From: a virus
Lineage: Duplodnaviria > Caudoviricetes
IMG/VR virus record: IMGVR_UViG_3300032561_000021
Location: 1-62,191 of that record
Strand: one strand, 5' to 3'
DNA length: 62,191 nucleotides
The position numbers and the translations under genes were made by a program. Below the pieces are notes generated by a model. The model saw only the letters and a list, made by a program, of their open reading frames with translations. It did no database searches and was not told the DNA's origin. Below, one piece after another: positions 37,538 through 47,967 of the stretch (its first letter is position 1; every line of letters starts with the position of its first letter).

Positions 37538-38503
37538 ATGGCGTATTCATCAGGCGGGCTAATTGCCGCAACAGACTACAATGGCTTTGTTGGAGCAAAC
37601 CCAGTAACTGGTTCTGGTAGTATCAACGCAGTATGGGGAATCGGAAACGGACAATACGGATACGGACAAACCGCGGTTACTCAAGCTGCTGCTTCTGCAG
37701 GATTAATTACTGCTACACAATGGGCATCATTGATCAACACTATGAATAGTGTTAGTACTCACCAAAGTGGTAGTGGATCTGGATTAACTATCCCAACCAC
37801 TGGCGCAACTGTTACCTATTTAAGTGCGCTTAGTACAAACCTTGGTACTTATTATACCAACGCTTTAAGTGCAGCAACCAACGGTGCAACCACAACTGGT
37901 TCAGTTATTGCTGGTACAGCAATTACAGCCACTAACAATACCACATACGGCCCAACAACATTTGCAACACGCACAGTAACATTTGCATCAGGAGATGCTG
38001 CACGTTACTTCTTTAATGCAGGCGGCAAATTAAATTTAGTTATCACCGGTGTAGTCAACGGTGATAGTACTGCTCGTAGTACTGACGCAGTAAACACAAT
38101 TCTTACATACTTTGGCGGCGTGTCAGCATTCAACGCAACTACAAACGGTGGACGCACTGGTACTGGTGGTACAGTAACTACTAATACCACAGCATTTGGT
38201 TATTATAACTTAACTACAACTTCTACACAGATTTGTAAGATAACTACAACTAGTGCAACTTACACAGGCGACTACGTTGCATTAAACGTATTTTCAAACG
38301 GTGTTAACTTGGCCGGACACGGCGACGCAGGTAGTGTAATCTCATTTGCATTGTCTTACTATTCAGCACACACTAGTACAACATCCGGTTTATATGGCAG
38401 TTCTGGAGACACGTTAAACGTAACTCCAAGTATGCGTATTGACATTGTATATCCAGAATCAACCAACTTAACATCAAGTTGGGGAACTCCAACAGTCGCT
38501 TAA
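37538..38503 (+). CDS. virion structural protein
   Basis: Thr/Gly/Ser-rich, ARYFFNAGG motif, AGGA RBS, last gene of the structural block. Confidence 0.6.
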   Translation: MAYSSGGLIAATDYNGFVGANPVTGSGSINAVWGIGNGQYGYGQTAVTQAAASAGLITATQWASLINTMNSVSTHQSGSGSGLTIPTTGATVTYLSALSTNLGTYYTNALSAATNGATTTGSVIAGTAITATNNTTYGPTTFATRTVTFASGDAARYFFNAGGKLNLVITGVVNGDSTARSTDAVNTILTYFGGVSAFNATTNGGRTGTGGTVTTNTTAFGYYNLTTTSTQICKITTTSATYTGDYVALNVFSNGVNLAGHGDAGSVISFALSYYSAHTSTTSGLYGSSGDTLNVTPSMRIDIVYPESTNLTSSWGTPTVA

Positions 38504-38514
38504 TCCATTTTGAG

Positions 38515-38543
38515 TTGACCTTAAGGGTGTAGTATAGTATAAT
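38515..38543 (+). promoter_or_regulatory. near-consensus sigma70 promoter
   Basis: TTGACC (38515-38520), 17 nt, TATAAT (38538-38543). Confidence 0.75.
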
Positions 38544-38565
38544 TGCTATCTACACCTTTTATTCT
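38523..38565 (+). terminator. intrinsic terminator-like hairpin
   Basis: AAGGGTGTAG...CTACACCTTT stem with inner ATAGTA/TGCTAT, followed by T-rich sequence, just after the last structural gene. Confidence 0.65.
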
Positions 38566-38568
38566 ATT

Positions 38569-38883
38569 ATGAGCGAACTCGAAAAACTTACAGCTGAAAT
38601 TAAATTAGCAACTGATTACCAGATTAATAAACGTATCCTGCGTGAGAAGATCCAAACGGACTTGCACATAGCACACAAGGGAGGCTTGTTTAAGATTACT
38701 CCCGAGCTGTTGGCATTTATGCAGGGTTGGCCCATTGATGATATGTATTTAGAAGATACATATGGCAATCCTATACAAATTGATCGTCATGTATTTCTAG
38801 TAATAGCCCAACAACACTATCAAAAAGTAATGAACACGTGGCATCAACAACATGAAGAACTCAAAAAAATCCGCCGAGTCTAA
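38569..38883 (+). CDS. hypothetical protein
   Basis: 104-aa ORF directly after the promoter, overlapping the next gene. Confidence 0.7.
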   Translation: MSELEKLTAEIKLATDYQINKRILREKIQTDLHIAHKGGLFKITPELLAFMQGWPIDDMYLEDTYGNPIQIDRHVFLVIAQQHYQKVMNTWHQQHEELKKIRRV

Positions 38884-39670
38884 GGGTGTTGTAGTATTTG
38901 CATTTAACACACACATAGACTACGTTGCTATAGCTGATCAGACTAGTCGTTTAATTGCACACTCTCTGAACTTACCTATTACGTTGGTCACTGACAACGA
39001 TAGTGACCCTAAGTTTGTATACGATAATATCGTACGCATCAACAATAATGATGGAAATAATTTTATAGGTAGTGATACAACAAAACAGTGGCGAAACTTT
39101 GGCAGATACCTAGCATATGACCTGAGCCCGTACGATAACACTATTCTTATTGACACAGACTACCTTGTATTAGATGATAGCCTTCTTACATTATTTAAAA
39201 CAGACTTTGATTATCGGCTAATGCATCATAATCAAACACCTGCAGGACCTAGTCCAGAATCAATGGGCGAAACAAGTTTGCCATTTGTATGGGCAACTGT
39301 AGTACTTTTTAGAAAGACAGAACGTGCAAGATTATTTTTCAACCTTATCGGCCGCATACAAAGAAACTATTCGTACTATCGTGCCTTATACAATGTTCGC
39401 GAAAGAAATTACAGAAATGATTATGCTTTTGCTATTGCTAATTGTATTATCAGTGGCTACACGTTAAACGAACAGCAAGGAATTCCTTGGACAATGTTTA
39501 CCATAGAAAAAACTATTAACCGCATAATGCTCACAGACAATTTTATACAAGTCTATCACGACGGCGAAGCTACCATGGTACCATACCAAAACATACACGT
39601 GATGGATAAAGAATACCTACAGAGTAGAGACTTTGAACAAGTAGTGGAGGCCATCTGTGAGCCAGCATAA
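38852..39670 (+). CDS. GT-A-fold glycosyltransferase-like protein
   Basis: GVVVFA, SPYDNTILIDTDY (DxD), WATVVLFRK, RNDYAFAIA. Confidence 0.6.
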   Translation: MKNSKKSAESKGVVVFAFNTHIDYVAIADQTSRLIAHSLNLPITLVTDNDSDPKFVYDNIVRINNNDGNNFIGSDTTKQWRNFGRYLAYDLSPYDNTILIDTDYLVLDDSLLTLFKTDFDYRLMHHNQTPAGPSPESMGETSLPFVWATVVLFRKTERARLFFNLIGRIQRNYSYYRALYNVRERNYRNDYAFAIANCIISGYTLNEQQGIPWTMFTIEKTINRIMLTDNFIQVYHDGEATMVPYQNIHVMDKEYLQSRDFEQVVEAICEPA

Positions 39671-40514
39671 AGAACAACAAGGTTTTGTAACCTTTGCTAT
39701 CAACAACACAGATACCGATTACTTAGAACTTGCATACTTGCAATGCCTAAATGTTAAGGCAACACAGAAGCACAACAAGTATGCGGTCTTGGTTGATACA
39801 GAAACATTGAACTCGGTAACTGATCGACAGCGTCGAGTATTTGATTACATTATTGAATTAGATAATGTAAGTAGTGAACACGCAGATGGATCTATATATG
39901 CCTGGAGCAAGGAACCTGATGTTTTTCGCAAAACTCCGTTTAAAGAAACTATCAAGTTGGAAGCAGACTTGCTGTTTACTAGGTCAATTGACCATTGGTG
40001 GACGGCATTTAGATTACGTAATGTTTGTTTAAGTACAGGCGCACTAAATTATCGTTCGTTAAAAAGTGATGTGCGAAAATATAGAGAAGTATTTGATGCC
40101 AATCAACTGCCTGATGTGTATAATGGCCTGATGTATTTTAGATACAGTCAAGAAGCTGCGGCCTTTTTCAATCTAGCCGGGCTTATTTTTCATTACTGGG
40201 CGGACATATCTAAAGAGTTAAAGACATGTGAAGATGAACCAAGCACAGATGTTGTATATGCTATAGCCGCACGGATACTAGGAGAAGAATTAGTAACTAT
40301 GCCTAGCATGGACTTTATTAACTTTGTGCATATGAAATCTGGATTTAATAAATGGAGTGATGCACGTAGTTGGATAGAAACTGTTATGGCTGAACACGAC
40401 GGCGATGTTATTCGAATTAACAATATAAATCAACTCAACCCTGTACATTATCACGAAAAGACCTACGCTACTCACGAACTAATCAAATACTATGAATCCA
40501 GAATACCTAGCTGA
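39657..40514 (+). CDS. GT-A-fold glycosyltransferase-like protein (paralog of 38852)
   Basis: GFVTFA, TPFKETIKLEADL, YNGLMYF, STDVVYAIA, FVHMK, HYH. Confidence 0.6.
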   Translation: MSQHKEQQGFVTFAINNTDTDYLELAYLQCLNVKATQKHNKYAVLVDTETLNSVTDRQRRVFDYIIELDNVSSEHADGSIYAWSKEPDVFRKTPFKETIKLEADLLFTRSIDHWWTAFRLRNVCLSTGALNYRSLKSDVRKYREVFDANQLPDVYNGLMYFRYSQEAAAFFNLAGLIFHYWADISKELKTCEDEPSTDVVYAIAARILGEELVTMPSMDFINFVHMKSGFNKWSDARSWIETVMAEHDGDVIRINNINQLNPVHYHEKTYATHELIKYYESRIPS

Positions 40515-40845
40515 ATTACACGCACTAATCAAATTACCAGTGCAACCAACTATTGAATATCGGTTATACTATAATCAATTTGGCGAAATAACTATGGGGT
40601 CAATGACCATGGATACGTTGACCACGGATCCGTATGTTATAGTTACTCAGCAGGAATACGATCGGTATTTTGATTACAAAATAGTTGCTGGAAAACTTAA
40701 AAAGATTGACCATGATGCTGGTTATCGTGTAAAATTACAAAAGTCTAATAATGGTTATTGCGTAGTTAAAAACCACGCAGGATTATTGCTGGAACCCGAA
40801 GATACACACACAACAATAGAATACTATGCCCACAGAAATAATTGA
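40492..40845 (+). CDS. hypothetical protein
   Basis: 117-aa ORF overlapping both neighbours in the operon. Confidence 0.65.
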   Translation: MNPEYLAELHALIKLPVQPTIEYRLYYNQFGEITMGSMTMDTLTTDPYVIVTQQEYDRYFDYKIVAGKLKKIDHDAGYRVKLQKSNNGYCVVKNHAGLLLEPEDTHTTIEYYAHRNN

Positions 40846-41722
40846 TGTAGCAGACTTAGACTGCATTTACTTGACCTATGATGAACCTAATAAAGAACAA
40901 AACTGGATACATATACAAAATATGGTCCCTTGGGCAAAACGAGTGGACGGCGTTAAGGGTTCAGATGCTGCACATAAAGCAGCCGCTGATGCGAGTGACA
41001 GTGATCGCTTTGTACTTATTGACGGCGACAATATTCCAGATCCTGCTTTCTTCAATCTCCAACTCACATTAGATGATAATAACCGAGATTGTGTATTTCG
41101 GTGGAAAGCTCGTAATATCGTTAACGGCCTTTTATACGGTAACGGGGGAATGAGTTGCTGGACTAAAGACTTTATCTACAATATGCGTACACATGAAGCA
41201 ACGGATGGCACAGCAGAGAACGATGTAGAGTTTTGTTTTTATCCTAACTACTGGGCAATGAATGATTGCTACTCAACTACATTCCCTAACGCTACTCCTT
41301 TCCAAGCATGGCGAGCCGGCTTCCGTGAGGGTGTAAAGATGGCATTAGACCGTGGAGCAAAAATATCTGCAGCAGAATTTGAAAAGCGAGTTCATGGTCG
41401 CAACTATGATCATTTGTGTGTTTGGCAAACAGTAGGAGCAGATGCAGACAATGGTTTCTGGGCTATATACGGAGCACGTCTTGGCACATACATGATGATG
41501 TTAGAAGGATGGGATCATCGTCAAGTACAAGACTTTGACACGCTTGCTAAGTTGTGGGAAGTATTTAAAGATGATGATCAAGATGCATGTAGACGTATAG
41601 GCAGTACGCTACGCACACGCTTGGGATTGCCTATTGTAGACATGGACGCAGAAGAAAGCAAATTCTTTAAGCATCATTACAAAGCAGTATTTAAAAACTT
41701 AGGACCAATGGCACGTGAGTAA
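40826..41722 (+). CDS. glycosyltransferase-like protein (GT-A-like)
   Basis: YLTYDEP, RVDGVKGSDAAHKAAA, IDGDN (DxD), NGLLYGNGG, AWRAGFREGVK. Homologous to the C-terminal domain of 58151..61192. Confidence 0.55.
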   Translation: MPTEIIDVADLDCIYLTYDEPNKEQNWIHIQNMVPWAKRVDGVKGSDAAHKAAADASDSDRFVLIDGDNIPDPAFFNLQLTLDDNNRDCVFRWKARNIVNGLLYGNGGMSCWTKDFIYNMRTHEATDGTAENDVEFCFYPNYWAMNDCYSTTFPNATPFQAWRAGFREGVKMALDRGAKISAAEFEKRVHGRNYDHLCVWQTVGADADNGFWAIYGARLGTYMMMLEGWDHRQVQDFDTLAKLWEVFKDDDQDACRRIGSTLRTRLGLPIVDMDAEESKFFKHHYKAVFKNLGPMARE

Positions 41723-43100
41723 ATCAGATTTTATGGCATCGGCAGAGTTTATGAAGGACAACTTAGGTCCTGCACTCTGTTTAGCCAAATGGAAGCAAGT
41801 AAGCCTGCACTTACCAACAGGACTTAATAACTCCTGTTACCATCCGCCACTACATCAAATTGATGCAGACGCACTTAAAGACAATCCTGGCGCATTACAT
41901 AATACTGAGCATAAGAAACAACAACGTGTTATCATGCTCAAACAAGAAAAACCTAGTGAGTGTAGTTATTGTTGGAATATAGAAGCACACGGCCAATTAA
42001 GTGATCGTCATTATAGATCCGGTGAGCCCTGGGCAGCAAGTGATTACGATGCAATCATAAACAGTACCGGAGAAGAAAATGACGTTATTCCTAGTTATGT
42101 GGAAGTTAATTTTAACCACGCTTGCAATTTGTCTTGTAGTTACTGTAGCCCGCAGTTTAGTTCAACTTGGCAAGCAGAAGTTGATAAGTGGGGAGGATAT
42201 CCTACAAGCACTATTCATAACGATAGCAGTCACTTTACTGGTCGTAACCGTCCTATACCTAGTCGCGACACCAATCCCTATGTTGATGCATTTTGGCAGT
42301 GGTGGCCCGAGCTGTACCCAAAACTAAAACATTTCCGTATGACCGGTGGTGAACCGCTAATGGATAAGAATACATACAAAGTATTTGACTATGTATTAGC
42401 ATTACCCAATCCCGAACTACACTTAAACGTAACCAGTAACTTTAGTGTGGAGCCAGCATTAATGGAGAAGTACTTAGGTTACGTTAAGCAACTTTGTAAT
42501 ACCCAAATTGAACACTTCATGCAGTTTGTTAGTTTGGATTCCGGAATTCCTGCACATGCCGAATATATCAGGCACGGGATGAATGCAAATCGTGTGGTCG
42601 ACAACGTAGAACGTTTCTTAACAGAAATTCCATATCGCAATAGTTTGACATTTATTATTACAATGAATAATTTAAGTGTATTAGGAATACAACGTCAGCT
42701 AGATTATATACTAAGTCTACGTAGAACACACAGTACAACATATCAGCGTGTCTGGTTCGATACTCCCTTACTACGCACACCTACATGGCAAAGTATACAG
42801 ATACTACCTGAAGTATATGTAGGTGTACTAGAGCGTGTAGCAGACTGGATGGAACTCAATTTAGAAACCGCAGATAAACCATTCCAAGGATTTAAAGATT
42901 ACGAAGTACAACGTATGCGTCGTGACATAGACTGGATGCGAGAAGGTCGTAATTTAGACCCAAACTATGTTAAACTACAAAGAGCAGATTTTTATCGTTT
43001 CTTTAATGAACACGATAAACGTCGCAAGACTAATTTTTTAGAAACCTTTCCTGAAATGAAAGAGTTTTGGAACGAATGTAAATACCATGCCCAGAATTAA
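41715..43100 (+). CDS. radical SAM enzyme with N-terminal twitch-like Cys domain
   Basis: CLAKW...SCYH...CSYCW N-domain, CNLSCSYC, TGGEPL. Confidence 0.88.
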   Translation: MSKSDFMASAEFMKDNLGPALCLAKWKQVSLHLPTGLNNSCYHPPLHQIDADALKDNPGALHNTEHKKQQRVIMLKQEKPSECSYCWNIEAHGQLSDRHYRSGEPWAASDYDAIINSTGEENDVIPSYVEVNFNHACNLSCSYCSPQFSSTWQAEVDKWGGYPTSTIHNDSSHFTGRNRPIPSRDTNPYVDAFWQWWPELYPKLKHFRMTGGEPLMDKNTYKVFDYVLALPNPELHLNVTSNFSVEPALMEKYLGYVKQLCNTQIEHFMQFVSLDSGIPAHAEYIRHGMNANRVVDNVERFLTEIPYRNSLTFIITMNNLSVLGIQRQLDYILSLRRTHSTTYQRVWFDTPLLRTPTWQSIQILPEVYVGVLERVADWMELNLETADKPFQGFKDYEVQRMRRDIDWMREGRNLDPNYVKLQRADFYRFFNEHDKRRKTNFLETFPEMKEFWNECKYHAQN

Positions 43101-44436
43101 TAACGAAACAGATTTTGAATACAAGCGCAGAGTAATTGACATCAAGTCAGAAAGCTTCTGTGGCGCCAAATGGTACAACGCTACTATATGGCTGGGATCA
43201 GGGCAGACTACTAGTTGTCATCATCCCTTACCGCACCAAGTTAGTATAGCAGATGTTCAAGCAAATCCTAAAGCATTACATAACACAGCTAAGAAGAAAT
43301 CTGAACGTGCAATGATGCAAAAAGGCGAACGCCCTGCAGGTTGCGAGTACTGCTGGAAGATAGAAGACATTGGCCGCGATAACATTAGTGATCGTGTTTA
43401 CAAAACAGTTATATACGAAGACAAGGATTTAGATGATGCGTTCAACTTGGATAGCAATGCAGACGTGGATTTGCAAACACTTGAAATTGCCTTTGACCGC
43501 ACCTGCCAGTTTGCTTGCTCTTACTGTAATCCGGCGTTTAGTAGTACTTGGGTTAAAGATATCAAGCAGAATGGTCCTTATACTAATCTTACTAGCGACG
43601 GTCGTAATCACTTTACTCACATACATGATAGCAGTCAGTTATACCGCTTTGGAGAAGTTAATCCGTATGTTGAAGCGTTCCACAAATGGTGGGAAACCGA
43701 CCTGCACAAAACATTAAAAGAACTACGTGTCACTGGCGGCGAACCGCTCATGTCCGGTGATACATGGAAGCTATTAGATTGGTTTAAGACCAACAAGGGT
43801 AAGAGTAATACACGCTTGGCATTTAACAGTAACTTAGGCACAGATGTTGATGTTGATCGGTTACTAGCAAGCATTGATGGAGTAGTATTTGATCTTTACA
43901 CCAGTAACGAAGCAATGAATCTGCAAGCAGAATATATACGTGATGGCCTAGTATTTGATGATTGGGCAAACAATGCTGAGAAATTAATGACGTCGGGTAA
44001 ATTGCGTGGGTTTCATGTGATGTGTACAATTAATGCATTGTGTTTAGATTCATTGGATAGTTTCCTGGAATGCATGATGAACTGGAAACGCGAATATGGA
44101 AAAGACTTCCCTACATTTTCGCTAAATATATTACGCTTTCCAAGTTTTCAAAGTCCATTAGTTCTTCCAGATAATATTCGTACACACTTTAAAATTCGTT
44201 TGCAAGATTGGCTCGATACCAATTGCAATGATCCTATGCTTCACGAGTTTGAACGCAATCAATTGCAACGCTTGATTGATTATCTTGATGTGGTTAAAAC
44301 ACCGCACATGGGCGCAGCAGAACAATCAGTACTACAGCAAGACTTTAAACAATTTTACATACAATATGATCAGCGTCGCGGTAAGAACTTTGCAGACACA
44401 TTTCCTATATTAGCCAATTGGTACAATTCAATATGA
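43087..44436 (+). CDS. radical SAM enzyme with N-terminal twitch-like Cys domain
   Basis: CGAKW...SCHH...CEYCW, CQFACSYC, TGGEPL. Confidence 0.88.
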   Translation: MPRINNETDFEYKRRVIDIKSESFCGAKWYNATIWLGSGQTTSCHHPLPHQVSIADVQANPKALHNTAKKKSERAMMQKGERPAGCEYCWKIEDIGRDNISDRVYKTVIYEDKDLDDAFNLDSNADVDLQTLEIAFDRTCQFACSYCNPAFSSTWVKDIKQNGPYTNLTSDGRNHFTHIHDSSQLYRFGEVNPYVEAFHKWWETDLHKTLKELRVTGGEPLMSGDTWKLLDWFKTNKGKSNTRLAFNSNLGTDVDVDRLLASIDGVVFDLYTSNEAMNLQAEYIRDGLVFDDWANNAEKLMTSGKLRGFHVMCTINALCLDSLDSFLECMMNWKREYGKDFPTFSLNILRFPSFQSPLVLPDNIRTHFKIRLQDWLDTNCNDPMLHEFERNQLQRLIDYLDVVKTPHMGAAEQSVLQQDFKQFYIQYDQRRGKNFADTFPILANWYNSI

Positions 44437-45761
44437 CAGACAATACAGTAGCAGGATTTTACGATAAAGGGTACGACTATAATGCACGTGCTCCGTATTT
44501 CATTGAACGCAGTGAATTAACAGAAGACGAATATCGTAAACTAACACACAGTGACACATTCTGTATGTTACCATGGATGCACATGCATGCCTTTCCGGAT
44601 GGTCGGGTGTATCCTTGCTGTTTAGCAGACTACTGGCACCCTGTCGGAGACCTGCGTAAGAATACAATGAAGGAAGTATGGAATCAAGACAAGTACAAGA
44701 CTATGCGTAGCAATATGCTACAGGATAAACCTTGTGTTGAATGTACCAAGTGCTACGAGCAAGAGAAGCACGGTGCGTTTAGTATGCGTAACGATGCTAA
44801 CCGTAACTACGGGCATATGATCAAAGAGATAAAGGACACCAAAGATGATGGCACACATGAAGAATTCAAGATTCGTTATTGGGATGTGCGTTTTAGCAAT
44901 CTCTGCAATTTCCGCTGCCGTTCCTGCGGTCCTATTTTCAGCAGTAACTGGTACAACGATCATGTTAAGTTATACAAGCGTGTACCCGATGTTCTTGGTC
45001 GCGACATGGCACGAGTGGAATATGCTACAGGAACAGAAGATGGCATGCTTGAACAAATGGAAGAACATATCCCCCACCTAGAGCAAGTGTACTTTGCTGG
45101 TGGCGAGCCGCTGATTATGAAAGAGCATTATTACTTGCTAGAGAAGCTAATTGACGCAGGTAAAACAGATATTCGTTTACAGTACAATACAAACTTTAGC
45201 GAAATGCGCTATAAAGATAAACACGTATTTGAATACTGGAAACACTTTAAAAACGTAAGTGTTGGTGCTAGTTTAGATGGCATGGGCCCACAAGCAGAAT
45301 TAATACGCAAGGGTGCAGACTGGAAGCAAACAATAGAGAACCGCGAACGCATGATGAAGGAAGTCCCGCACGTGGACTTTTATGTTAGCTCCACAGTTAG
45401 CTCCATGAACATAATGCATGTATTAGACTTTCACAAAGAATGGACAAAGTTGGGATTGATTCAAGCAAAGGATTGGAATATCAATATTTGCCAAAGTCCC
45501 GAGTGGTATCGTTGTGATATATTTCCCCAGGAGTTCAAAGAGCGTGTAATCTATCCTGCATATGAAGAACATATTGCCTGGCTAGATCCACAGGATACGT
45601 TACGTAGAGCAACCACTGGGTATCAGAGTTTGTTAAGTCTAATGAAAGACAATCATGCTACGGAACACTGGCCACGTTTTGTAGAAGAAACACGTGTATT
45701 AGATGAATTACGAAAAGAAAGTTTCTGGGACTTATTTCCAGAGTTTAAAGAATTGCAATGA
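44433..45761 (+). CDS. radical SAM enzyme with N-terminal twitch-like Cys domain
   Basis: CMLPW...PCC...CTKC, CNFRCRSC, AGGEPL, YNTN. Start moved to ATG 44433 (ATGA overlap). Confidence 0.88.
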   Translation: MTDNTVAGFYDKGYDYNARAPYFIERSELTEDEYRKLTHSDTFCMLPWMHMHAFPDGRVYPCCLADYWHPVGDLRKNTMKEVWNQDKYKTMRSNMLQDKPCVECTKCYEQEKHGAFSMRNDANRNYGHMIKEIKDTKDDGTHEEFKIRYWDVRFSNLCNFRCRSCGPIFSSNWYNDHVKLYKRVPDVLGRDMARVEYATGTEDGMLEQMEEHIPHLEQVYFAGGEPLIMKEHYYLLEKLIDAGKTDIRLQYNTNFSEMRYKDKHVFEYWKHFKNVSVGASLDGMGPQAELIRKGADWKQTIENRERMMKEVPHVDFYVSSTVSSMNIMHVLDFHKEWTKLGLIQAKDWNINICQSPEWYRCDIFPQEFKERVIYPAYEEHIAWLDPQDTLRRATTGYQSLLSLMKDNHATEHWPRFVEETRVLDELRKESFWDLFPEFKELQ

Positions 45762-46756
45762 TTGAGTATAAAGATATACAGCAAGTGCATTTAGAAATAA
45801 GCACACGATGTAATGCTGCCTGTCCAGATTGTCCTCGTAATTTTCGTGGAGTTGATGTAATAGAAGGCACGTATCCTTTATGTGATATGAAGTTAGAACA
45901 GGTAAAGAAGATTTTCTCTGTGGCCTTTATTCGTCAGTTAAACAAACTATTGATAAATGGCAATCACGGTGACTTTGTTACTGCAAGTGATGGGTTAGCC
46001 ATTGTTGAATATTTTATTGATGCTAATCCTGATATTGAAATAGAAATCAGCACCAATGGCAGCGCAAAACCTAATATATGGGCCAAGCTAGGGCAACTAT
46101 CTCAAGTTAAAATTGATTTTAGAATTGATGGACTTGTTGACACACATCATTTGTATAGACAAAATACCGATTGGCAGTTTATAATAGATAACGCAACTAA
46201 GTTTATCACAGCAGGCGGCCGTGCAACCTGGGCAATGATAGTATTTGATCATAATCAACATCAAGTTGAAGAGTGCCGTGAGTTGAGTAAGCAACTAGGA
46301 TTTGAAAACTTTTGGTTAGTGGATAACGGAAGAAACTCGTTCCCTGTGTTTACTTCAGACAAAAGGTTAAGTCATATAGTTGGTAACTATCAAGGTAAAA
46401 CAGACTTTGATGAATTATGGGATGATAGTCACACATATCTCACAGACCCCGGCGGTGCAGTCCGTAATGAAAAAAGTAATAGACGTATAGATTGTTACTC
46501 AATAAAGAATAAAGAAATTTATGTAAGTGCTAACGGAGAAGTATATCCCTGTTGCTGGTTGGGATTTTATCCGCTTAACAGTACTAGAAGATCTAGTAAT
46601 GCACAATTACAACCATTGATATCAAACAATAATGCTTTAGAATACAGCATCGAAGATGCTATTAAATGGTTTAATAAGATAGAAACAACATGGCAACTAA
46701 GTGTGCCGGAAGGCAAAATATTTGCCTGTAACGAACAATGCGGAATTAAAGAATGA
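45758..46756 (+). CDS. radical SAM enzyme with C-terminal SPASM/twitch-like Cys motifs
   Basis: CNAACPDC, GNHGD, TNGS, YPCCW, CNEQC. Confidence 0.85.
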   Translation: MIEYKDIQQVHLEISTRCNAACPDCPRNFRGVDVIEGTYPLCDMKLEQVKKIFSVAFIRQLNKLLINGNHGDFVTASDGLAIVEYFIDANPDIEIEISTNGSAKPNIWAKLGQLSQVKIDFRIDGLVDTHHLYRQNTDWQFIIDNATKFITAGGRATWAMIVFDHNQHQVEECRELSKQLGFENFWLVDNGRNSFPVFTSDKRLSHIVGNYQGKTDFDELWDDSHTYLTDPGGAVRNEKSNRRIDCYSIKNKEIYVSANGEVYPCCWLGFYPLNSTRRSSNAQLQPLISNNNALEYSIEDAIKWFNKIETTWQLSVPEGKIFACNEQCGIKE

Positions 46757-47967
46757 CACTACCAAAAACAATCTGTATGCTACCCTGGGTTAGTATTGAA
46801 ACAAGCCCGATGGGAACAACACGCCCTTGTTGTATGGCGCACGATGAAATCACAGATGAGAACGGAAAAAAGTACGATCTCAAAGAAACAAACTTAGAAG
46901 TTGCATACCATAGTGAGTATATGCAAGACCTTCGCCGTCAATTCCGGCGAGGTGAAAAACCAGCAACATGTAGTCGTTGTTGGGAAGAAGAAGATGCAGG
47001 CCGTGATAGTAAACGTATACACAGTCAAGTCAGACTCAAAGAACTATACAAGCAAGTTGACTGGCAAAACGACGACCCAGATCAACTATGGTTTGTTGAT
47101 TTAAAGCTAGGTAATATTTGTAATCTTGCATGTCGTATATGTGGGTCATGGTCTAGTAGTACCTGGGCCGCAGAAGAACTTGCATATATGCCCAAGGACT
47201 TCAATAAGAAAGAACATATTGCTTATACTTGGTTAAAGTCGGGAGCATGGCCGCGCAAGACCGAAACGTTCTGGGATAACATGCGAGACCTGTTGCCCAA
47301 CATCAAGTACTTTGAATTCACCGGCGGTGAGCCATGGATGATACAAGAACATTTTGATTTATTAAAATATGCAGCAGCCATGGGACATAGTAAACATATT
47401 GATATTCATTACAACACTAATGCTACACAAGAGCTAAGTGATAACACACAGATATGGAATCAATTTGGACGAGTAGATATTGCATTTAGTATCGACAACG
47501 TGGGCAAAAGATTCGAGTACGAACGTTATGGCGCTAAATGGGATCTAGCAAATAAAATTATTGACGATGTGCATCTAGCTCGCCGTATAGATACTCCAAA
47601 CATTACTACACAGTTATGCTTTACTATTAACATACAGAACGTTTATTACCTAGATGAACTACTTGCTTGGGCAGATACCAAACCGTTTGGTAGTATTTAC
47701 TTCAATATGATGCACAGCCCAGATCATATGAGCATACAAAAAATGACTCCTACCGCGCAGGAGTTGGTATTAAACAAACTGAAAACAACCTTCTGGTCGT
47801 CTGCCAAGTATCAACAAGAAATAAACAATGTAATTAAGTTTATTGAAAATGGTACAGGTAGCGACGGCAGTGAGTTCTTATTTAAAATGCAACGTACAGA
47901 TGCCCATCGCAAACAATGTTTTACAGATACACATCCTGAAATAGCTCGAGCTATGGGATATGAATAA
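46753..47967 (+). CDS. radical SAM enzyme with N-terminal twitch-like Cys domain
   Basis: CMLPW...PCC...CSRCW, CNLACRIC, TGGEP, YNTN. Confidence 0.88.
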   Translation: MTLPKTICMLPWVSIETSPMGTTRPCCMAHDEITDENGKKYDLKETNLEVAYHSEYMQDLRRQFRRGEKPATCSRCWEEEDAGRDSKRIHSQVRLKELYKQVDWQNDDPDQLWFVDLKLGNICNLACRICGSWSSSTWAAEELAYMPKDFNKKEHIAYTWLKSGAWPRKTETFWDNMRDLLPNIKYFEFTGGEPWMIQEHFDLLKYAAAMGHSKHIDIHYNTNATQELSDNTQIWNQFGRVDIAFSIDNVGKRFEYERYGAKWDLANKIIDDVHLARRIDTPNITTQLCFTINIQNVYYLDELLAWADTKPFGSIYFNMMHSPDHMSIQKMTPTAQELVLNKLKTTFWSSAKYQQEINNVIKFIENGTGSDGSEFLFKMQRTDAHRKQCFTDTHPEIARAMGYE

